From positions 3,648,001 through 3,712,000 of the forward strand of contig OZ244170.1 of assembly GCA_965216565.1 (NCBI GenBank): a stretch of 64,000 nt of DNA, given 5' to 3'. Below the pieces are notes generated by a model. It was not told the DNA's origin and searched no databases. It was given only the letters and a program-made list of their open reading frames with translations. The stretch's first letter is position 1. Every line of letters begins with the position of its first letter. Shown in pieces: positions 10,380 to 19,347 of the stretch. The DNA comes from Bythopirellula sp. GTDB taxonomy: Bacteria; Planctomycetota; Planctomycetia; Pirellulales; Lacipirellulaceae. Position numbers and translations under genes: made by a program.

Positions 10380-11201
10380 TTAGGCCGCTTGCGGCTTAGC
10401 AACTTCACTCGCCTTATAGAGGGCGATCACTTCATCAGCCAAGGCGCGATAATCAACGGCACCGGCCGATTGGGGGGCGTAGCGGAAAATCGACTGCTCG
10501 AAGCTGGGGGCCTCAGCCAGCCGTATATTCCGGCGAATTCGCGATTCGAACAGATGCACGTTCTTCCAGGCTGAGCCTCGCCCACGAGCGTCCTGGAAGA
10601 AGGCCTCGACGTCGCCCGTTACCTCAGCCGCCAACCGGGTGCCCGATTCGTACAAACAGAACATTACCCCGGCTAACCGCAAACGATTGTTGAGTCGTTT
10701 GCCCACCAGGTCGATCGTCTCCAACAATTTGCTCAATCCGTGCAGCGCCAAAAAATGCGGCTGCAACGGCAGGAACACATCGTCGACGGCCGACAGTGCG
10801 TTGATGGTTAAGATGCCGAGTGACGGTGGGCAATCGATGATCAGGTAATCGAACTTGCCAGCCGCCGCGCTCATCTTATCGCGCAAAATTACCTCGCGAC
10901 CGACCACGCCCGCAAGTTCCACTTCGGCAGCCGCCAAATCGATGTGTGAGGGCACCACGCTCAGGTTCTCGCTGATCGTTTGCCAGGCATCTGCCAGTGG
11001 GACATCGCTGGTGAGTAAATCGTAAGATGTGGGCAATGGCGATTGAGGATTGAGACCCAAGTGCAATGAGGCATGTGCCTGCGGATCGAGATCGATCAAT
11101 CCCACGCGGCAACCACTTTCGGCGAGTGCCGCGCTGAGGTTCACAGCGGTCGTGGTTTTCCCCACGCCGCCCTTCTGATTGATAATGGCAATGGATCGCA
11201 T
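10380..11201 (-). CDS. parA: ParA/Soj family ATPase
   Basis: Deviant Walker A NQKGGVGKTT, DLDPQ, IIDCPPSLG; no parB adjacent. Confidence 0.9.
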   Translation of the reverse strand: MRSIAIINQKGGVGKTTTAVNLSAALAESGCRVGLIDLDPQAHASLHLGLNPQSPLPTSYDLLTSDVPLADAWQTISENLSVVPSHIDLAAAEVELAGVVGREVILRDKMSAAAGKFDYLIIDCPPSLGILTINALSAVDDVFLPLQPHFLALHGLSKLLETIDLVGKRLNNRLRLAGVMFCLYESGTRLAAEVTGDVEAFFQDARGRGSAWKNVHLFESRIRRNIRLAEAPSFEQSIFRYAPQSAGAVDYRALADEVIALYKASEVAKPQAA

Positions 11202-11302
11202 GTGTGCTGTCCGCTCGATCGACTTGTGGGGTGTGATGCGGCGCAGCGAAATCGCACCGCAAGGGCGGCGAAGTATAGAAAGTCCCCCCTGAGCAACCCA
11301 GA

Positions 11303-11866
11303 TCATTCCGAGGGATTGCTAGCACCTTTGATGGCTGTATCCCTCGTTAGGCCTAACGACAAAAAATACTCCTGGAGCGTTTCTGCCATTGGCTGGCACG
11401 CGATGAGTTCGACATTGCCGCTGTCGGACATAAGTTTGCCCAGAGTCTCAAAATCGTCGGTGAATAAGACCGTCATTTCGCGGCCCTCTTGGGCGAACCG
11501 TAATGCCCATTTCCAACCGACGAGATTCGCCAATTGAACGTCCCAGAGATAATTGGAATCGGAGGTGAGGGCAAACCTCAAGTGGACCATCCCTCGCGCA
11601 TCAGAAAGGTCGACGCTAGAAAGTACCGAGTATCCCGGAAGAATTGGTAACGTCTCAAGCGAAGCTGGCTCACTCCCATTGGGGTCGAATTGGAGCAGCA
11701 TCGCCTCGACCTCGCCGTCTTCGACAATCAGGCGGGCATTGTCAGGCCCCCAAAACTGAGTGGCCCGATGTGCCGATTCATAGCGGTTCCACCACGAATA
11801 AACGCCCAGCGCAATGGCCAGACACATGAGCAAGACGACAAGTTTGGTTCCGGATTGCAAAGACAT
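11303..11866 (-). CDS. Hypothetical protein with N-terminal membrane anchor
   Basis: 187-aa ORF with N-terminal TM helix. Confidence 0.7.
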   Translation of the reverse strand: MSLQSGTKLVVLLMCLAIALGVYSWWNRYESAHRATQFWGPDNARLIVEDGEVEAMLLQFDPNGSEPASLETLPILPGYSVLSSVDLSDARGMVHLRFALTSDSNYLWDVQLANLVGWKWALRFAQEGREMTVLFTDDFETLGKLMSDSGNVELIACQPMAETLQEYFLSLGLTRDTAIKGASNPSE

Positions 11867-11978
11867 TTCTCCCAGGAGTTCGATCGACGCCGCTTTTTCT
11901 CACCTGCCAAGCTCAGTATACTAACCGTTCTGCGAAGATATTAAACACGCTTGCAATTAGCATATCTGGAATGAACGA

Positions 11979-12200
11979 ATGCCCGATAAATTCGATCCTT
12001 ACCGCGAAGCTCTCGTGATGGAAACCGCCACGGTTTGGCCGGAAGAGTACGATCTGGACCCCCGCCAGCAGTTTGAACTGGAATCTTTGCTGCACGAGTC
12101 GCCCGAAGAGGCTTCTCAATTGGAGTATGTCCGAACGCATACCGGCTTTTGCCGCACGATTCACGTCACCGAAGAAGATTATCAGCGCGTTGCTACCTAG
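11979..12200 (+). CDS. Small acidic hypothetical protein
   Basis: 73-aa ORF, protein-like composition, co-oriented with aroB. Confidence 0.7.
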   Translation: MPDKFDPYREALVMETATVWPEEYDLDPRQQFELESLLHESPEEASQLEYVRTHTGFCRTIHVTEEDYQRVAT

Positions 12201-12248
12201 CCCTCAGCATTGCTGGGGGGACTTGTCTCAAGAAATAGAAAGCACATT

Positions 12249-13340
12249 GTGACTGCCCAGGCCAAAATCACCCGCGTTGAGTTGGCCGAGCGTAGCTACG
12301 ATATCGAAATCGGCAGCGGCAATCTTTCCAACTTGGCCAACTTCCTCGGCCCCCGCAGCCAATCGTCGCACGCGGTGATTGTCACCGATACGAACGTCGA
12401 CGGGCTTTATGCCGACAAGCTTGGCGACCAACTCACCGAAAACGAGTGGGAGGTGCACCTACTGATTGTCGAGGCCGGCGAGCGCAGCAAATTGCCCGAG
12501 GTGGCCTTCGATCTGTGGGAAACCATGCTTGCCGAGGGCACCGATCGCCAGTCTGCCGTAGTAGCCATCGGCGGTGGCGTGGTCGGCGATTTGGCCGGAT
12601 TTGTCGCGGCAACGTTCGCCCGGGGGCTGGAGTTTTTCCAAGTCCCTACAACGCTACTCGCACAAGTCGATAGCTCCGTCGGCGGCAAGGTCGGCATCAA
12701 CTTGCCCGGAGCCAAAAACATGGTCGGCGCCTTCTGGCAACCGCAAGGTGTGTTGGTGGACGTCGACGTGCTCGGCACGCTCTCCGATCGCGAGTATCGC
12801 GCGGGACTCGCCGAGGTGGTGAAGTACGGTGTGATTCTCGACGAAAAGTTCTTTGCCTACTTGGAAGCAAATGTCGATGCCATTAATGAACGCCAATCGC
12901 AGGCACTCACTTACATCGTCGAAAGCTGCTGCCGCTTAAAGGCCGACGTGGTGGAAGCCGACGAGCGAGAAATCACCGGCCTGCGTGCCGTACTCAACTA
13001 CGGCCATACCTTCGCGCATGCCTTTGAGGCTGCCGGCGACTATGGCGAGATGCTCCATGGCGAAGCGGTATCGATGGGTATGATGTGTGCCGCTCGACTC
13101 GCCGAACGACTCGGTCGAGTCGACGCTAACTTTGTCGAGCGGCAAACCAAGTTGTTAACTGCCCTCCAACTGCCTCTGGAAGTGCCGAAGTTTGAAGCCG
13201 ACGAACTGATCGACTTGATGCGACGCGACAAAAAGGTCGATCAGGGGCAATTGCGATTTGTGCTCCCGAGTAGGATGGGACACGTGGAATTGGTCAAGGA
13301 TGTGCGTACCGACGACGTTCTTGCGGCCCTCAAGGGCTAG
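12249..13340 (+). CDS. aroB: 3-dehydroquinate synthase
   Basis: GGGVVGDLAGF, PTTLLAQVDSSVGGK, LNYGHTFAHA, LHGEAV motifs; GTG start at 12249 preferred. Confidence 0.96.
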   Translation: MTAQAKITRVELAERSYDIEIGSGNLSNLANFLGPRSQSSHAVIVTDTNVDGLYADKLGDQLTENEWEVHLLIVEAGERSKLPEVAFDLWETMLAEGTDRQSAVVAIGGGVVGDLAGFVAATFARGLEFFQVPTTLLAQVDSSVGGKVGINLPGAKNMVGAFWQPQGVLVDVDVLGTLSDREYRAGLAEVVKYGVILDEKFFAYLEANVDAINERQSQALTYIVESCCRLKADVVEADEREITGLRAVLNYGHTFAHAFEAAGDYGEMLHGEAVSMGMMCAARLAERLGRVDANFVERQTKLLTALQLPLEVPKFEADELIDLMRRDKKVDQGQLRFVLPSRMGHVELVKDVRTDDVLAALKG

Positions 13341-13355
13341 AGCGGTTAGCTCATA

Positions 13356-14492
13356 ATGTCTGTCACTTCAGACCCTAATGTAGTAGGCCAACAAGAGGGT
13401 GTGCGCCAGCAGCTCCTACTAGCGCTGGTGCCGGGCATTGGCCCGCTCATCCGTCGCAAGTTGCTGGGTAGATTTGTGACAGCCGATGCGGTGCTCGGCG
13501 CTTCGGCCGGTGAACTGCAGTGTGTCGATGGCATCGGACCTACCTTGGCACGTCGCATCACGAAGGCGGACGAAGAGGTTGACGTCGATGAGCAGTTGCG
13601 AATCGCTCGTGAAAACGATGTGCAAATCCTGCTCGAATCTCATCCAGAATATCCACCGCTACTCAAAGAGATCCCCGATCCACCCGGTGTTCTGTTTGTC
13701 AAAGGGTCGCTCCGCTCCGGCGACCAACTCGCCATTGGCATTGTTGGCACACGACACGCAAGTCGCTACGGTTTGAAGCAGGCGGCAGCGTTTGCCACTA
13801 GCTTGGCTCGCGCAGGCATCACGGTTGTCAGCGGCATGGCTCGTGGTATCGATAGCGCAGCCCACCGCGCGGCTCTCGACGCCGGCGGCCGCACCATCGC
13901 CGTGTTGGCCAGTGGGGTGTTGAAACCTTATCCGCCTGAGAATGCGCAACTTGCCGAAGAGATTGCCACACAAGGTTGCCTCATGAGCGAAGCCGCACCC
14001 ACCATGCCGCCAATCAGTGGCATGTTTCCGCAACGCAATCGGATCATCAGCGGTCTCTGCGTTGGGTCCATTGTCATCGAAGCCGCCGACCGCTCCGGAG
14101 CACTCATCACTGCCCGCCATGCTTGGGAGCAAAACCGCGAAGTGTTTGCCTTGCCGGGACAAATCGATAGCCGCACTTCCCAAGGACCACACCGACTCAT
14201 CCGCGACGGAGCCAAACTCGTGACGTGCATTGAAGATGTGCTGGAAGAGTTGGGGCCACTCGCAGAAGAAACTTCGCGCGAGGACGGCAGCACAGTCCGC
14301 GTGCCGGCAGAGGTGATGCTGAACGAAATCGAACAACAAGTGCTGCAAGCCATCGACCCCAAGGGGTCCCTCATCGACGATGTCACTCAAGCCTCTGGCT
14401 TACCCGTGCACCGAGTACTCTCGACAATCCACGTCCTAGAAATGCGGCAACTGGTCCGCCGAGTCAGCGGCAACCGCGTAGCCAGGGTCTAG
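13356..14492 (+). CDS. dprA: DNA-processing protein DprA
   Basis: IVGTRHAS, VSGMARGID, FPQRNRIISGL, SGALITA motifs. Confidence 0.95.
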   Translation: MSVTSDPNVVGQQEGVRQQLLLALVPGIGPLIRRKLLGRFVTADAVLGASAGELQCVDGIGPTLARRITKADEEVDVDEQLRIARENDVQILLESHPEYPPLLKEIPDPPGVLFVKGSLRSGDQLAIGIVGTRHASRYGLKQAAAFATSLARAGITVVSGMARGIDSAAHRAALDAGGRTIAVLASGVLKPYPPENAQLAEEIATQGCLMSEAAPTMPPISGMFPQRNRIISGLCVGSIVIEAADRSGALITARHAWEQNREVFALPGQIDSRTSQGPHRLIRDGAKLVTCIEDVLEELGPLAEETSREDGSTVRVPAEVMLNEIEQQVLQAIDPKGSLIDDVTQASGLPVHRVLSTIHVLEMRQLVRRVSGNRVARV

Positions 14493-14623
14493 CAGATCGG
14501 TGAAGCGTTGAATCCGCTGGGCCTAAGCAGCTCACCCCCCTGCAGGACTATCGCACGATAGCTCAAGTGTGGCAGAATCGATCACATCGAAATCTCACAC
14601 CTGGGCTGATTTCTGCCAATTTG

Positions 14624-14652
14624 GGAACAAAATTGCAAGTTTGGCAGTCCTA
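14624..14652 (+). promoter_or_regulatory. Candidate ECF sigma promoter GGAACA-N16-AGTCCTA
   Basis: Matches GGAAC/GTC ECF architecture; upstream of an ECF sigma gene. Confidence 0.5.
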
Positions 14653-14765
14653 GGTATTGATGGTGATTGATGCGAACCAATCGGGTACGTTATCCCGTAA
14701 CAGACTAGCTACCAACAAGTTGCGCGTCTGCTGGCAGATACTGAAACGCCCTAATTCCCGTATCG

Positions 14766-14781
14766 CGGCATGAAACTTGCA
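14766..14781 (+). promoter_or_regulatory. Candidate sigma-54 (-24/-12) promoter CGGCATGAAACTTGCA
   Basis: GG-N10-GC spacing with GGCAYG-N4-TTGC. Confidence 0.6.
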
Positions 14782-14934
14782 TTTCTTCGTCACTATCGGA
14801 ATGACCGATTACTCCATCACCCAAGGATCCGCACTTGTTTAGTTGCGAGGGTTGATGGACTCCAACTTGGACGGCAGGGAGAAAGGATCTTCTCCTAGTT
14901 TACGTCGAACCCTCAGCACGAGGAGTTCGTAGAA

Positions 14935-15588
14935 ATGATGAAGCAACAAACCCAAAATTTGAAAAACGATGAATCACTCGTTGTGGACTTTACTGACCAC
15001 ACCGATGAGCAATTGTTTCGCCAATATCGCGAATCGGAAGATTCGTTGATATTTACCGAGTTGGTCTCACGTTACCAACGTGAGCTATATAATTATTTGC
15101 GACGTTTTCTCGGCGATGCCGCCATGGCCGAGGACGTGTTTCAGGCAACTTTCCTACAGGTCCACGTCAAACGCGAGTTATTCCAGTCGGGTCGCAAGTT
15201 TCGACCCTGGCTCTATACCATCGCCACCAACCAAGCCATCGACGCACAGCGCCGCAACCGTCGGCACAAGCGATTGAGTCTCGACCAGGCTCAACGCACT
15301 AGCGGTGAAGAGATGGGTACGTTGATGGACATGGTAGCGACGGGCGACTCCACCCCCTACGAGCAAGCGGAAAAAACTGAGCAAGCCGAGTGGATTCGCG
15401 CGGCTGTCGATAACTTGCCAGAAACCTTGCAAAGCGCTGTCCAGCTAGTTTACTTCCGAGGGATGAAATACCGTGACGCTGCAAAGATTATGTCAGTGCC
15501 TGTGGGAACGGTTAAGAGCCGCCTACATTCAGCACTGCAGAAGCTTGGGCAATCGTGGCGGGACGTTCAGCCTCAAGAAATGCGTTGA
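14935..15588 (+). CDS. ECF RNA polymerase sigma factor
   Basis: AEDVFQATF, FRPWLYTIATN, VPVGTVKSRLH. Confidence 0.93.
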   Translation: MMKQQTQNLKNDESLVVDFTDHTDEQLFRQYRESEDSLIFTELVSRYQRELYNYLRRFLGDAAMAEDVFQATFLQVHVKRELFQSGRKFRPWLYTIATNQAIDAQRRNRRHKRLSLDQAQRTSGEEMGTLMDMVATGDSTPYEQAEKTEQAEWIRAAVDNLPETLQSAVQLVYFRGMKYRDAAKIMSVPVGTVKSRLHSALQKLGQSWRDVQPQEMR

Positions 15589-15726
15589 TCTTCAGTCGGA
15601 TACAATTGGCCAGCTTCAATTGTGCCCCGTCAACTCCACATCCAACACAACCAACCGCAAGCCCGTCATCTCCATGGCGGGCTTGTGTTTTATCAATGAC
15701 GACTTCTCGATTCGGAGGTGCAACCG

Positions 15727-16725
15727 ATGAGAGACCAACTGCTTGCCTATCTACTCGACGACCTCGAGCCCAAACAGCGCCAACGCGTCGAAGAACACAT
15801 CGCCAACGATCCCACCTGGCAACATGAATTCGAAAAGTTAAAGTCCTGCCTGGAATCGGGCGAAGAGCCGCCAGAAAAAACAACTTGCCCACCACCCGAC
15901 TTGGTACAAAAGACGTGCTCATTAGTGCGTCTCTCCGATAGCCAGGGGCCGCCTGGATCTTTGAGTGAGGCTCGCGAATGTTGCTCCAATCGCCGCCGCT
16001 GGACGTTACTCGACTTGAGCATCGGCGCTGCGATCTTCGTCGCGATGGGTGCCCTGCTCTTCCCCGCCTTGGTCGAAAGCCGTCGCACCGCCCGTCGCCT
16101 GCAATGCCAGGATAATCTCAAGGAGATCGGCACCGCATTGATTAAATCGCACGAAGTCCAAGGTGAAGGCCTCCCCCATATCGGCTACCACGAGAATGCT
16201 GGGATGTTCGTTGTGGAACTGGCCGAACGCGGAACGATCGATCGTGGTGAGCTGTCTCGATTTCTTGTCTGCCCCAGTTCAGATCTGGCCGATGAAGTCT
16301 TCCAGGGTCGAACCGTATTGCGGATTCCGACTCGTCAGGAACTCCGCCAGCTTTCGCGTGAAGCTCTTACCGAATTGCGGCAACACATGAGCGGCAGCTA
16401 TGCCTATCAGTTTGGCTATCTCGACTCCGACGGCTCCTACCTGCCCATGCCGTTTGTAGGACGCAGCGATGTGCCAATTCTTGCCGATCGCCCCAACTTG
16501 TCAGCCTCGGGCATGGAAAGTTCCAATCACGGCGGTTGCGGGCAGAATATTTTTAGCCAGGACGGCAGTAGCCGATTTCTATCAACCTGCGAGTCCGATG
16601 AGTGTGTTGGGCATCCTTTTCTCAACGACGACGGTCGGCATGCTGCCGGCAAGAGCGAGCGCGATAACGTGCTCGGCCGCAGCGATGCGACGCCCGCGGG
16701 CTCGGTCATTCCACTCGGCAACTAG
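15727..16725 (+). CDS. Putative anti-sigma factor fused to a prepilin-like/DUF1559-type domain
   Basis: N-terminal LLAYLLDDLEP...VEEHI; RRWTLLDL + TM + ESRRTARRLQCQDNLKEIG; C-terminal NHGGCGQNIFSQDG. Confidence 0.8.
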   Translation: MRDQLLAYLLDDLEPKQRQRVEEHIANDPTWQHEFEKLKSCLESGEEPPEKTTCPPPDLVQKTCSLVRLSDSQGPPGSLSEARECCSNRRRWTLLDLSIGAAIFVAMGALLFPALVESRRTARRLQCQDNLKEIGTALIKSHEVQGEGLPHIGYHENAGMFVVELAERGTIDRGELSRFLVCPSSDLADEVFQGRTVLRIPTRQELRQLSREALTELRQHMSGSYAYQFGYLDSDGSYLPMPFVGRSDVPILADRPNLSASGMESSNHGGCGQNIFSQDGSSRFLSTCESDECVGHPFLNDDGRHAAGKSERDNVLGRSDATPAGSVIPLGN

Positions 16726-16788
16726 AGCAGACGGTTTGGCTGCCTCGGTGTTTCATGACAAGTACGGTTAGAAGCAACTGAATGCGGA

Positions 16789-16989
16789 CTAGTCCTCATC
16801 AGATGCAGCCTTTCGATTGAGGAAGATACCAATACCGAATAGTGCCCCACCGACAAGCATCATTGGTAGTATGACTGACCGCCCGACTCCCAAGTCTTCG
16901 AGGCTCTCCTGGGGTATTCGCCGCAACACTGCCATGATGCCTACTATTGCCACTCCAAGTCCCGCGAGTAGCGTTCCCAAAATCTTCAT
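16789..16989 (-). CDS. Small two-TM hypothetical protein
   Basis: 66-aa ORF from ATG 16989 with two hydrophobic helices. Confidence 0.6.
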   Translation of the reverse strand: MKILGTLLAGLGVAIVGIMAVLRRIPQESLEDLGVGRSVILPMMLVGGALFGIGIFLNRKAASDED

Positions 16990-17115
16990 CGAAGGTTCTC
17001 CCAAAGTATTGTGCTCGTGACGGTCTGGTCTATTGAGCACCATTGCCAAGTGTAGCCAGGCGATGAACTTCTTGTAAGTTCGCCAATCCGCATCAATTCC
17101 TTAGACCTGTCTAGG

Positions 17116-17267
17116 CGGGTGCCATGCCCACGCATGGGGAGGCTCGATATCCGTTGGCTCGTCAAAACACATGGCCACACGGCTTCTCGGTAAGGTTACG
17201 CGTGGGCATGTGGTGCACGTGTTCATCCCGTAGGCCGTCGCCCTATTCGGCGTGGCCATGGCACCCG
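17116..17267. repeat. REPIN/MITE-like element with 18-bp terminal inverted repeats
   Basis: CGGGTGCCATGCCCACGC (17116-17133) vs GCGTGGCCATGGCACCCG (17250-17267), one mismatch; internal partial copies. Confidence 0.75.
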
Positions 17268-17441
17268 GCGATGACTGCGGTCGCCGCGATGGCCCACTTC
17301 AGTGTTAACAGGTTGCCCCGGGGCATCAGGGGCGTCCCCCAGGCGTTGCGAAAGTGCCACATTTGGGCGAATTGGCAAAGCCGGTTAGCCGGGCGGGAAA
17401 CTCAATTTTCCACTGATATTTCAGCATTTATGGAATTCCTG

Positions 17442-17470
17442 GGAACTTCTGGAACTCGCTTGGCATCCAA
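17442..17470 (+). promoter_or_regulatory. Candidate ECF promoter GGAACT-N16-CATCCAA
   Basis: Differs by one -10 base from the promoter at 53452-53480. Confidence 0.6.
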
Positions 17471-17475
17471 ACTGC

Positions 17476-17686
17476 AGAAGAGAAAGACAACTTCCTTCAT
17501 TAGCCCCCCGTTTCATGGCCGCTCTCCCCACTGGGGAGAGCGGTAATTACAACCTCCCAAGCGAGACGAGTAAGAGACAGCCGCCGAACTTCCTTCCTCC
17601 CGAAGTTCGGCGGCCTTTATGACACCCTCCCAAGACCGCGATGGAGAGCCCTGTCCCCTCGGGCTCTCGTCGCGGTCTTTTCTTTT
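17476..17686 (+). ncRNA. Candidate sRNA with three GC-rich hairpins, C/U-rich loops and an intrinsic terminator
   Basis: Stems 17519-17543, 17580-17614 (13 bp perfect, loop CTTCCTCCC), 17632-17679 followed by TTCTTTT; promoter immediately upstream. Confidence 0.6.
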
Positions 17687-17892
17687 CGTTGGTCAGAGCA
17701 CTGCCTCGCAGTGCCGACAAATCGAATCCCCCTGCGTCAGTGTCCCACGTCGTGATGCTGACACAAGTTGCGATCCTTTCGACAAATTGTCGCGGGATAA
17801 TTTCCAATGGAAGATCCCACGCTCCCCATGTTCGGTGGGAAGGCTTTTTTTGTGGTACCATATCTAATGGGGGCAAAGGGCGGAGGGATAAT

Positions 17893-18981
17893 TTGGGTCG
17901 GCCGTTCTATTTCATTTTGCTGGTAGCCATTCTGCAGGTTTGGTTATGGGCCCCTTGCCCGATGGCATTCTGCCAAGCACCAACGCCGCCCGAGGTGTTG
18001 CCCTCAGACCAAAATTCGCGGGAACACCGGGGCCTTGCCATTCTTCGAATTTCCGAGCAACTATTAGACCGTCTGCTCGCCAAGGACATCGATAAGCATT
18101 CAGAGGTCGATCGCTGTGTGTTGGGCACACGGGCCTTAGGAACAGCACACACTGCGGGGCAAGCTGACGTTGATCCCAAACCGAACAAGGACGATGCCTC
18201 TTTCCAAATAACCGTCACTGGTGAAAGCCGATCGAAGACGGTAGGTCGCAACGGACCGGCAATTATTCACAGCCGTTCGGTCACAAAGTGGGAAGTGAAA
18301 AAGAATGTGCACTTCGACGAAGGAAAGTTCTATACCCAACCGGGAACCATCGAAAGCAAAACGAAACTAATTCCCACAGGCATTGATGCAACCGTGCCAG
18401 GACTCCGTCGCCGACTTGTGAAAAGAATTGCTAAAAAGCGTTTGCAAGAACAACGCTGCCAGGCGGAGCGGATCACGGAAGGGAAAACCCGGGAACGAGT
18501 GCTCCATCAAGTCGACAAGGCGATTGATGAGCGGATTGATCGATTGAATGCACGAATCCAGTCCCGACCAATTCTCAATAGAATATTGCCGATGCTCGAT
18601 TCGCGGGCCGTTGATGTGTACACCAGCGAAAATTGCATCCATCTTGCATTCATGGGAAATAACGAAGCCACCGCCGTTATTTGCCCGCTAAATCGCTTAG
18701 AGCCCACCGAATCTGAACTGTGGATTCATGCCTCTTCTCTGGGGCTGCCGATTCTCGAACTTCCAAGCCTGATCGAGTTGCCGGGCGCCGCCGACAAATG
18801 GCTGAACGACAATTTATCGAAGCTCGATCTCCCAGCACCCATCGTTCCCGGACCCGATATTTCCGGTCTGGATGAATTAGCGCCGCTAAGCTTTCAGCTC
18901 GTCGACGGATGGGTTGTCATGCAGTCAAAACCCGCGGCACCAACGGCGAATAAGTCCGTTCTTTCTGACCGTCAGCAATAA
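17893..18981 (+). CDS. Secreted hypothetical protein
   Basis: Long ORF; in-frame TTG at 17893 follows GGAGG and gives a signal-peptide-like N-terminus. Confidence 0.7.
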   Translation: MGRPFYFILLVAILQVWLWAPCPMAFCQAPTPPEVLPSDQNSREHRGLAILRISEQLLDRLLAKDIDKHSEVDRCVLGTRALGTAHTAGQADVDPKPNKDDASFQITVTGESRSKTVGRNGPAIIHSRSVTKWEVKKNVHFDEGKFYTQPGTIESKTKLIPTGIDATVPGLRRRLVKRIAKKRLQEQRCQAERITEGKTRERVLHQVDKAIDERIDRLNARIQSRPILNRILPMLDSRAVDVYTSENCIHLAFMGNNEATAVICPLNRLEPTESELWIHASSLGLPILELPSLIELPGAADKWLNDNLSKLDLPAPIVPGPDISGLDELAPLSFQLVDGWVVMQSKPAAPTANKSVLSDRQQ

Positions 18982-19063
18982 GAACGCAGCATGGCGAGCC
19001 GCCAAGCCACATGACCTGCGATCCCTTACGAATTTCCCAAGTTCTTACTCAAGAGCAAGCGTC

Positions 19064-19276
19064 TTACTTGCAACTTCGCATCGCAGAAAAACCGGCTTGG
19101 GTCAGCGAGTAGCCACCCTTGAACGTCTCCTTGATGAGCAGTTCCTTATCGCTCATTTGTTCGAGAGTCTTGCCGTGTCGCTCTAAGTCTTGACCGGAGA
19201 AGCACAACATTTGGCCCGGGGTGATGCGGTACTCACGATAGGTTTGCAATACGCGTTGTTCAGATGTGGTTAACAT
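19064..19276 (-). CDS. Small hypothetical protein, possibly winged-helix
   Basis: 70-aa ORF ending GGYSLTQAG (wing-like), directly downstream of the helicase. Confidence 0.65.
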   Translation of the reverse strand: MLTTSEQRVLQTYREYRITPGQMLCFSGQDLERHGKTLEQMSDKELLIKETFKGGYSLTQAGFSAMRSCK

Positions 19277-19347
19277 GGCTCTCTTCGGTTAATAGTCAAA
19301 CTTTGACAAAGGAGGGTTACACTCTATTCGAGCAGGTCTGTCGCTGG

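Noticed and set aside
10380..14492. parA and dprA as signs of a plasmid, prophage or competence island
   Set aside because: Embedded among housekeeping genes with no parB, integrase, phage or com genes
17641..17892. N-terminal 84 codons of the 446-aa ORF
   Set aside because: The ATG lies inside a terminator-like hairpin; an in-frame TTG at 17893 has a GGAGG RBS and yields a signal peptide
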